From Tubiluchus corallicola (lineage: Eukaryota > Animalia > Priapulida): 64,000 nt of DNA. The notes under the pieces are model-generated. The model did not search any database and was not told the DNA's origin. It saw only the letters and a list, made by a program, of their open reading frames with translations. Made by a program: the position numbers and the translations under genes. Below, one piece after another: positions 26,801 to 35,512 of this stretch. The stretch lies in assembly GCA_030141605.1 (NCBI GenBank), contig JAQGDQ010000001.1, positions 682,001 through 746,000 of the forward strand. Direction: 5' to 3'. Within the stretch, counting starts at the first letter, position 1; every line of letters starts with the position of its first letter.

Positions 26801-28276
26801 GCCAATTGAGAGCCGTTGGGATGCTCGATAAACAAATTCATTTACCGAAGATTATTTTTAGCAGAGCTTAAACAATTGTTACTATTTGCTAGCTGCAAAA
26901 TAATTATAAGAAATTAGATGACAAAGTATACAGTAAAATAAGCAATTTAGTAGCTTATTAAGAAGACGCCAATGAAAATAAGTAGCAGTTGCTCAAAACC
27001 CTTATTTCACATGCAGTATGGTATCACTTGGCAACGCGCATGCGCTGAGCACCGCGTTTGTGTATAAAGCAAGTGTTTTAGCTGAGATCCGCGCATTCAG
27101 TGCCCTGCTGAGACAAAAGCAGAGAAAACAAAATCCTGAAGTAAAGGTGAGAAGTTAAAACTCAAACTTCCAAGTTGAAGGATGAAATGACTCAAATTGC
27201 ACAGTCACATGAACTTGTGACTGAATTAAGGCAAAGATGTACAAATATTTATCTGACAAATTGAACAGCCCACTTCATTCTGAAATAGAATGATACAATC
27301 TTAAATTAACAATGCATCATTTTCAACACTCAAACTGAAGTTTGCTCTGAATAATAAAGTTGAAGTCATCAACTCGTATTGAAATGTTTACTCCTACTAT
27401 CATTTTATTGTATCTGATTTATGATTAGAAAATAAACTGGTTAAACTTAATTTCTTTTGTATGCATTTTCTTTCCACAGGTTCAGTGTAATCCAATTTGG
27501 CACACATGCAGAAATGGACCCAAACTTCACACCTACACTATTACTATAGTGAGGTTAATGTACTGTGGCGCACACAATTCATTCCCCTAGACAACAAAAA
27601 TATTGATAATGCCAAACAGTGCAAACCACATTACACTAGTTACTTGGGCCTCGGGATATCGAAAAATTCTTTAGGTACAGGACAACTGATTTATGGAATG
27701 AATTACATCAGAAAGCTGTTAAAGCAGTTACTATTAATGAAATCAAAGGGGCATTCAAACATAGATATCCTAATTTAATTGAAGAATGGAATTTAGGATA
27801 GCTACATGCAAAACAAGTTTCCAAGAGACACACTAAGTTTTCTTGGGTATGCCATACTAATAACTTTCAACCAACACGATGCCTTTACGTTTTACACAAA
27901 TGTGTACATTGTTTTTACTACTTTCTAAATACAATGTGCAAGAGCCACAAAATGTTGACGTCTTAAATAAGTGCACTATATATTCCAGTCTTGGAATACT
28001 TACACCTATGGGGAGGCTACCAAAAATAAAAGCCGCATTGGATGCAAATATTGGTAAGAAGAGTAGCTGCAAAGGTACGTTTGCTAAAAAATCAGTACAA
28101 TTATCGAGCTTACAGTGTTAGTTACTAAATTTACTAATCACCACCTTGATGAAAATGTTTTCCAAGACGACATCACCTCCCCAGATACCTATGCTCAACT
28201 GAGACTTGTCTAAGTTTTCCACAAAGTCTCCCAAAAACCGATTAACTAAATCGGCAACAATATTTTCGAACACCAT
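5848..28276 (-). CDS. VPS13: VPS13A/VPS13C-type bridge-like lipid transfer protein (chorein family), 18 coding exons, 3239 aa
   Basis: Exons in transcript order: 28145-28276, 25634-25758, 24902-24992, 23353-23477, 22384-22992, 21785-21925, 21174-21333, 20711-20920, 20032-20337, 19329-19541, 17177-19087, 16851-16985, 16423-16626, 14239-14351, 13558-13685, 12074-12351, 11263-11467, 5848-10481. All introns are GT-AG and phase-compatible; total 9720 nt. N-terminus [48 protein letters not shown]...LKIPWKNLY is Chorein_N; GGWFSGWFG motif; VAB region ([25 protein letters not shown]); [12 protein letters not shown]; ATG2_C-like helices ([29 protein letters not shown]); C-terminal PH-like domain. Confidence 0.96.
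10888..10911. repeat. (TA)n microsatellite
   Basis: About 12 TA units in the last VPS13 intron. Shorter (TA)n runs also occur near 48374, 55427 and 56625. Confidence 0.9.
14700..15378 (-). mobile_element. Non-autonomous Tc1/mariner (pogo/Tigger-like) element, copy A
   Basis: The reverse complement begins TA|CAGTAGATGCCGTTTAAT (TA target, Tigger-like terminus) and aligns by eye with 56534-57120 over several hundred bp (shared blocks AATTGACTC, CATGTTAAG, TTTGTAAGCAGG, TTAACCTCGTT, TTTGCTTTTGAA). Left boundary approximate. Confidence 0.7.
23986..24050 (+). mobile_element. Isolated terminal fragment of a hAT-like MITE
   Basis: CAGGGCCAGATT followed by two GAGGCCC subterminal motifs resembles CAGGGCCGG-type hAT termini. 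The partner end was not found. Confidence 0.35.
25978..26050 (-). other. Degenerate tRNA-derived (SINE-head-like) Pol III element
   Basis: The minus strand has A-box-like TGGTCTTTGG and B-box-like GGAGTTCAAATCC at tRNA-like spacing, but no full cloverleaf. Confidence 0.3.
26772..27101 (+). promoter_or_regulatory. Promoter-like cassette inside the first coding intron of VPS13, antisense to VPS13
   Basis: CTCF-like CCGATAGAGGGCGC (26772-26785), NRF1 core GCGCATGCGC (27036-27045), TATAAAG (27064-27070) and Inr-like TCAGT (27097-27101) in a locally CpG-rich patch, followed by donor AAG|GTGAGA at 27147. Confidence 0.5.
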
Positions 28277-29969
28277 TTTGCAACCAGTTTCAGGTTTGCA
28301 AACCGGAGAATGCCCACCGGTGCAAAAATGCTAAACACTTCCAAAGCCTAACATGTGATTCTGTTACACACAGTCACACACCCACATGATTAACCAAACG
28401 TGTGGGTTTAGTTAGATCATGACCGCAGTTCAGTGGTTCAGTCTTCATCCCTGTTGCTTTTGAGCAAACAATCACACTAGGAACGACTGGAGGATATACA
28501 TACACTGTATAAAGCTTCCTATCATGACTCCAAATTAATTTCCACGTTCCAGTTTATTTTTAACAAATCAGAATGAGCGCTTCAGTGGTACATTTATTTC
28601 AAGTTAGACGGGTTGAGGCTTGTGTAACAGAGTGACGTACAGCGGTTTCAGCGTCCTCACATCAGCCTATTCACCTTCTGGGTGGCACTTATTTGAAAGT
28701 GCAAACCGAATTTAGTCTTGAACGCTGTATCCGATTTCCACAATGGGTGGCTGTTAGGTGACCATTATGGTCTTTCACCACCCCGTCTCAATGCAATTAT
28801 GATGAACAGTGTGTGTAATTAAATAGTGTGCATCTGGAATGAGACAAATAAACTAAACTGTTACAATTATCGCGAAAATTTTAACATTTACTCCGTTTAA
28901 TTTATCTGTATTTTCAACATACAAAATCAATTACAACATTACTTACACACATTCTTTCATTCAGTTTTCCACATGCCAATAAATGTTCTGCAGTATCTTC
29001 ACTGTTTTCACATCTTTGACCACATTTAATTTCCATTTCTTATTTCACTAACTGTCAATTCTCTCTGCATTCTACGACATAGTTTATTGGTTTGTCCCAC
29101 TGTGCTGCTCTTTTACTCATAAATTGCAGCTGTGTTTTACTTCCAATTTACAAAATTTGAATTATCACACATTTAACATCCTTTTTTCACAATAATTATT
29201 TTTTTCTACCTAATGCCTGGTTAGTGGTCTAGATTTAATTATATCTACTCCAATTTCTTTGCTGCTTCTTTCATGCCAGTCGCATAGTTGTTTTGAAAGG
29301 AAGTTGATAGGAAATGTAAATGTTCTGATCGAGTAAAAAGTGTAGAGCACATTCTTTTGCAATGCTCTCTACAAAAATGAAAGAAGAAAACTCTCATATA
29401 GGAAGGAGCTTCTGATGATGATGGAATGAGTTGAATTTTGTTTTTAAAAATATCGACACGGGTAGAAAATTACTCAACAATATAACGAAAAAGCATTGCA
29501 ACGTTTGTGTACATTAACCTTTCTTTCTCTTCTTTGTTTTTTCTTATTCAGACAAGTTGTGGTTTTCTCTAACTGCTCACCTTAATACAAACAAACTTGA
29601 GAACCGGGATTGAACTGAACTAAAATGAGCTAAAACGAACAAGAATTTTTAACAAGGCGAAGGCAACAGCATGAAAACTGCTTACGTTCGCAGTCAAGAT
29701 CTAACTCTAACCCATGTTCAAACCTGGGCAAGTGCCACGGAAATTAGCAAAAATACTGAAATTGAAAATATATTACCAAAGTTTGGGGAAAGGAAATCTA
29801 TTGTACGTATTTCGTTTTTGCGATTTGCGGTTACGCTGGCGGCATCAAACGGCGAATTATTAAAAACTTTTGAGCCGCATATTGACAGTAATAATAACAT
29901 TCTTAAATACACCAGTAGTGGTGGTATACGTGCAATTTTGATAAGCCAGAAACACGTTTGCGTTTTTTG
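27099..29969 (+). ncRNA. Putative spliced plus-strand transcript antisense to the VPS13 5' end (lncRNA or distal ATG9 leader)
   Basis: Predicted exon 27099-27146; strong acceptor TTTTCTTTCCACAG at 27479; donors at 28054 (G|GTAAGA) and 28075 (AAG|GTACGT); another strong acceptor (30-nt pyrimidine tract plus TTCAG) at 29551 and donor G|GTAAGG at 29970. Motif evidence only; no expression data. Confidence 0.35.
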
Positions 29970-30800
29970 GTAAGGGAAGAATATCTCAAATAAAAGCAAT
30001 TATTTGTTTAATAAAACTAAAAACAATTCATGAAAACGAAAAACAGTTTTAGCAATAAGTTTGTATTATGTACTTGCAAATACTTCTTCAGTTTTCTTGC
30101 AAGTAAAATTTTATTGTTCTTCCTAAGGAAAGAGGCTAGCTGACTGCGTGATGGGCTGCCTACTATGCCAGGTATTTGCAAACTTTCTTTATGATCAACT
30201 TTCTTAACTTCTTTTGTAAATAAACCTATTAATTTTCATGAGATATGAATATAATAGTTTTTATTTTAACTTCTAATTATTCTTAGTGCCTTATGCACTT
30301 ACGCTTGCTTTAAATAATATTCAAAAATATAATAGCTGCTATAAATCGCCAAAGACAGGTGTAGGCCTTGCAGTCTTTGCTTAGTGTACAAATATTTAAC
30401 TTGTAACAAAGTTACAAAAGTGTGTTATAATTAGCATTTTGTTATAATTACCTGGCTGCAGGTACATAATTCCTCGGGAAATTTAAAAAGATATTTTTGT
30501 TTGTGTTTTTGTAATTCACTGCTGAGCAATTTATGAGCGCCTGTCGACTGGCCTGGCTTTGATGGTCTCATCAATTCATCTACTACAGTACATAACAGTG
30601 CATGAACAGCTTGCGCTATAGCGTACCTGACAACAACAGCCCATACTTCTGTGCCGCTATGGCGACACTAACTGCGTGAACTGCTGCGCAGTAGGATTTC
30701 ATACTTTCTGTGGTCCATATTCTTTGATATTACTATTTTGTGAATAAGAAGAAAATTTACTATGTGATCGCAATAAAACATACTAACACTTAATCGTTAG

Positions 30801-31210
30801 TAGGGGTGAGCATTCTCTACCACAAAGCAAATTCGAATCGAATTGAACTTATAAATTTCGAATTCCGAATCGTACCGAACTTAAGTATTTCGAATTGAGA
30901 TTGAAACATTTTAGAACAATTTTACAAGTCACCAGTAAAAATTAGTTTTACAAAATATCATGCATATTACCTAATTTTGTTCAGCAATAAAACTACAAAT
31001 AATGTGTTTAAAATTGTGCACAGAAATCACCGCTAAATTATGCTAACTGCATGATGTTTCAATCATTTTAATGATAAGGAATGTATGTGATTGAAGTGCT
31101 GAATTATTCGAATCTACAGTTTTAGGTTCGAATCGAATTCTAATTAAAAAGTTGTTCGAATCGAATTTGAACATTCGAATTCGATTCGAATGTTAGATGC
31201 TCACCCCCTA
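30801..31210 (+). mobile_element. hAT-superfamily MITE, copy 1
   Basis: Terminal inverted repeats TAGGGGTGAGCAT ... ATGCTCACCCCCTA; 8-bp target duplication ATCGTTAG / ATTGTTAG (7/8); TTCGAA-rich subterminal repeats. Confidence 0.85.
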
Positions 31211-31621
31211 ATTGTTAGGTAAAAAATTATCAAGTTTTTTGAAAAAATACTTTTGAAAAAAGATGATGCATAAAATAATTTTTTAGAGAATCAGTGTGGA
31301 TAATAACTTAATTACCAGTTGTCAGTTTCGCCTGGACATTCCAAGACACACAGAATGCTGCTTATGACAAATCCAGCTTCCCCACAGTTTTAGCTTGTGA
31401 AATTCTCTATCAGAATTCATTGAAAACTAGTTAACTACAATCTTACCTAGTGTGTATGGTGTAACATAATAATTTGCTGTCTGGAATAGTAAATCAAAAT
31501 GTAATGCTGATAATAGGAAATCTATTGTGCCCCCAATTTTTAGCATGCAAGCCTTGTGCATCTCAAGCAGTCTGCAACTTTAAGGGGTAGAATGACTAGA
31601 ATCAAAAATTTTATGTTTAAT

Positions 31622-32204
31622 GTCAAACTGAACTATTTCGACGATCTTTGAGCATCATATCTTTCAAACCCTCAATAGATTATAGAGCAAGTGATTTACA
31701 GCTGGAAACTGGACGAATGTGGATCACTGATTTTATACGCCGAATTTCAATAAACATATTGGAGGTATGTTGAAAATATACCCCCAATATGTTTATTGAA
31801 ATTCAGCATCTAATGTATATATTTTCATATATAATGTATACATATATATAATATATATATAAAATATATATATGTATATATTATATATTTTTATATATTT
31901 TCAACATACCTCCACTTTTAAAACTCAGCTCCACAGCCATCTCTACCAAATGAACCTCCAACTCATCCTGCAGAAGTCTTTATAAGCTCGTCCTTTGAAC
32001 GTGGATCAATTTAATGGTGTCTTCCTGGATCATTTTAGCCTTCACTCTGTCCTTCAGGATACCTCCAATATGTTTATTGAAATTCAGCGTATAAAATCAG
32101 TGATCCCCATTCGTCCAGTTTCCAGCTGCAAATCACTTGCTCTATAATCTATTGGGGGTTTGAAAGACATCATGCTCAAAGATCGTCGAAATATTCAGTG
32201 TGAC
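31622..32204. repeat. Long inverted repeat (arms 31622-31768 and 32059-32204) built from a degenerate Tc1/mariner-like transposase fragment
   Basis: The arms are about 147 bp with 8 differences counted by eye. The minus strand through the right arm reads LNFNKHIGGILKDRVKAKM, similar to the Tc1 motif PDLNxxExIxxILKxRV. The spacer contains short templated copies and TA filler. Confidence 0.9.
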
Positions 32205-32851
32205 CTCATTTACTCCTTTTCAACTTTCTGAATTTCAGGGATTGCTGTGTTTTTGTTTTGTTTCGTTTTCTGAGTTAGTGCTAAAATGACGAAGTTTGTG
32301 CGATATGTCGTATTAAGTACTGATATCTACTGGGTTTTTTATAGAGAAGGAAAATGCAAGAGTTTTCTTTTTACATTGTGTGACAATGAATTTTACACAA
32401 TGAAAACTATTTACAAATTACCATAAATCGCACAATTATGTATCGTTGAGGGAAGCTGCGTCAAATAAAAAATAATTAGTTCAGGGTTAACAAGGGTCAT
32501 GAATACAGCATTATCGTCCATGTTGCATATTTCGAACGAGCTTTACCTATGTTACATACGAAATGTACAAACGTAAAACACGAATCCTTCTGAAACTTTT
32601 TGCTGCTTTAGATTATCGTTGTGTCTGGTGTTAGTGCGCACATAAATGTTCTAATCTTAGTATAACAATAAGTGAGAAATAAAGTTTGAAAAAATAATCT
32701 AGGGCATTCGTAGCGCACACGTTACTAACTAAGTAAAATTTTAAAGTACTGTACAGGTAAGTGAAATGCTAAGTAATATAACTTTGCATGGAAAGTTTTT
32801 TAGGTCATAGTTTAACATTTCTTTTTTTCACCTGATTTAGTTGTGTTTATA

Positions 32852-32859
32852 TGACGTCA
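32852..32859. promoter_or_regulatory. Perfect CRE palindrome near the probable ATG9 non-coding exon
   Basis: TGACGTCA (within ATGACGTCAT) lies about 95 bp downstream of a consensus donor CAG|GTAAGT at 32757, which follows a CpG-containing patch (about 32280-32720). Confidence 0.35.
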
Positions 32860-33231
32860 TGTAATGGCTTGGTAGGAACACTATTGTAGGAGATCTAAAA
32901 TGAAAACAAACAAAAAATCCTTTTAACGCGAGCACTATGTACGCATAAAATTGGTATTTAGTAATATACTTTTTAGGCGATTTTTCTGAAACCTACTTCA
33001 GGTGCCCCTTTTCTTGTCCTTTAACGGGTTGCATGTGGCAATGATTTCTCCCTTTGTAAATGGAAAAGTAGGGAAAAATGGCATAGGAAAAAATGCCACA
33101 AATGGAAAAATGGCACATATGTTATTTTGATGCAATTGATTTTGATAATAAAATTAGAATGCAGGAGGAAATAAATCTCTGCCAAAGCTGAACAATCCTA
33201 AACTCATTCGTCCGATTCTTTTGATTAAAGA

Positions 33232-34180
33232 GAATTAATTCAAAGCTATTATTGATAAATTTAGAATAACGTTTGCTGCTTTTGGTCTGCCAGAGGCTTT
33301 CATGTCTTATAATAGTACTTGATTTACAAGCGAAAAGTTTCAACTGTTTGCCAGTAAGAATGATATTTTAAGCACATTAATGTAGCTGCAACACATCCAG
33401 GTTCTAATGATTGTGCGGAACGTGTAGTTCAGGTTGTAAAAAATGGCCTTTATAAACAGGAAAGTGGTAGTTTAGAAACTAAGGTGGCTAGGTTTCTTTT
33501 TAAGTATAGAACAATGCCACAAGGTACTACAGGTAAATCACCTGCTGAACTTTTATTTGGTCATAAGTTAAGAATACATCTTGGTGCTATGCACCTATCG
33601 TGATGTTGTTACTTGTTAGCCGTAAACGATTTAAGCAGAGATTGTATCATGATGCTCATGCAGCTGATCGTATGTTTAATGTCAATGACACAGACATCTT
33701 TTTGTGTTCTGTAATGATACAAGGCTTCGTGGACATAATTTAAAGCTTACGAAGCCACAAGTTCGATTCAATGTGCATTTATACAGTTTGCAGTTTTGAG
33801 TAATAAATGCATGGAACTCTTTGCCATTTGAAGTTGTAAATGCGCCTCACTTAACTATTAAAACTCAGCTCCACAGCCATCTCTACCAAAACTCGTAATG
33901 TTTTTTTTATAATTTTGTACTTTCTGTTAATTGTTATTGTCATACGCGCCTAAAGTTTAGTACTGATGTATTATTGTACTGTATGATATGCTGGATAATT
34001 TAAATTGTTGTATTTTCTTGTAACTTTTGGTTACCACTCAAGCTAAAATTATCCATTTATTACTGATCCACTTTGGTTACCATGTGTAATTGTGAATAAG
34101 ACAAGTCCTGTAACTTTCTTAGTAACGTTACGTGACGGTTGTATAGTTAGGAGACATGAGAACCATGTTCGTAAGTGATT
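33232..34180 (+). mobile_element. Decayed Gypsy/Ty3 LTR-retrotransposon integrase remnant, interrupted by a LINE fragment
   Basis: Translates, with stops and frameshifts, as IIDKFRITFAAFGLPEAFMSYNST*FTSEKFQLF..KHINVAATHPGSNDCAERVVQVVKNGL..VARFLFKYRTMPQGTTGKSPAELLFGHKLR, then after the insert LWLPCVIVNKTSPVTFLVTLRDGCIVRRHENHVR. These match Gypsy integrase motifs (FGLPE..SDNG..FTS, HPxSNGxAER, YRxTPHxTTGxSPAELL). Confidence 0.9.
33693..34040 (+). mobile_element. 3' fragment of a CR1/L2-type LINE nested in the Gypsy remnant
   Basis: LRGHNLKLTKPQVRFNVHLYSLQF*VINAWNSLPFEVVNAP..KTQLHSHL matches the CR1 ORF2 C-terminus (TRGHxxKL...RVxNxWNxLPxEVVxAxSxxxFKxxLDxxL), followed by a T-rich 3' UTR-like tail. 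Boundaries approximate. Confidence 0.8.
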
Positions 34181-35512
34181 TAACAATCGTATAATCGATA
34201 TCCATAATTCTGTACATAAACCAGAGCAGATCTTTTGTGATGAAGTCAGCATCCGGTGTACATAAATTTGCTGTACTGCAAAGTCTGTCTGGTACTAGTA
34301 CTGTTGTTAGTAAAAGTTCTGTAAAACAAGCAGAATGTGATTCTAAACGTGTTGGTAAACAACAACATTCAGAAAAACAAACTTCTCTAAAAGTCATGGA
34401 ATTACAAAACCTCCCTGCCCAAAACTCTGAAGTGCTTGCTGAGCTGAGGACACATTAGAAAACCATTAATGAAAATGAAGAACCTATATAGTTCATTGAA
34501 ATTATGGTGTCTAGGGTCAACAGAAATACTGAGCAACAAATTGGATTTCAAGTTTATTGCAAAATATTACAATAATTTTGCTTAATATATTTGCTACATA
34601 TATATATTTATTTATTTATTTATTTAATTAGAAGTATATATATGTATATTTCTAATGCACCGAGAGTGCTGCAGAAAGCAAATAAAAAAAATGCAGAAAA
34701 ATAATAAGAAATAAAAAAATTGATGTCCAAACATATCTTGTGCAAAAAATAACATGCCTGTGAATTGACATGGCTCAGTTTTAGTTTAAAAGTAGTTTTA
34801 CTGAATAACAAAGCTTACAATATGGCTTGAACAAACAGTTTTACAACTGATAAACATTCTTGCTAATAGGATGTAACACTTAGAAGAGTGCAGACAATAA
34901 ACGAATAGTAAAGGGCATTACAGTAGGTGTACTTGCAGTATGAATACATGCATAACATAATACTGAGAATAACATTAATGTTACTATGTAAACTAGTACA
35001 ATGGTTAGAAGCACTTAGTAAGAAATATAAATTTCTGTACAAGCTTAGTTTTAGAATGATCATTTTACTTTGTGCTATGTTTAATATTTTTGGTAGACTG
35101 TAGTAATGCTCTTGTAGTAAAACACCACTGGCAATAATAGGATGGAAAACTTTTCACAACTGTTATGTCTGTTAGGATTTGCCTAGTTAAAAAAAACATT
35201 TCAAGTACATAGTAAAAAGTAACAGTGATTTTTAGTGCTGCCTGTGACAAAATTTGACCTTGGTGACTTGCAAAGCTTTTCGGTTTTAATCCAGTTGATT
35301 GACAATGTATATGTTTAGCTAAACTAGTAATTTATAATTATAGCTTTAAATAAACTGTGAATTAAAAAACTATGTTATGTATAATGTGAGTATAAAACTT
35401 AAGTGCTTTTGAACTTTTTGTTCAAATTTTTGTCAACCATCTTTGCTTGATATACAACACCTTTTTTCTAAACTCTGCATTTTGTATCAGATGTAAAGGT
35501 GCAATTTTTGAT

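Noticed and set aside
29671-29999. Overlapping 100-aa (+) and 93-aa (-) ORFs between VPS13 and ATG9
   Set aside because: No recognisable domain; more likely promoter or leader sequence. The plus ORF could at most be a uORF of the putative antisense or leader transcript.
33122-33343. 73-aa minus-strand ORF as a Mutator transposase C-terminus
   Set aside because: Half of it is the antisense of the Gypsy integrase; the remaining similarity is too weak to call.
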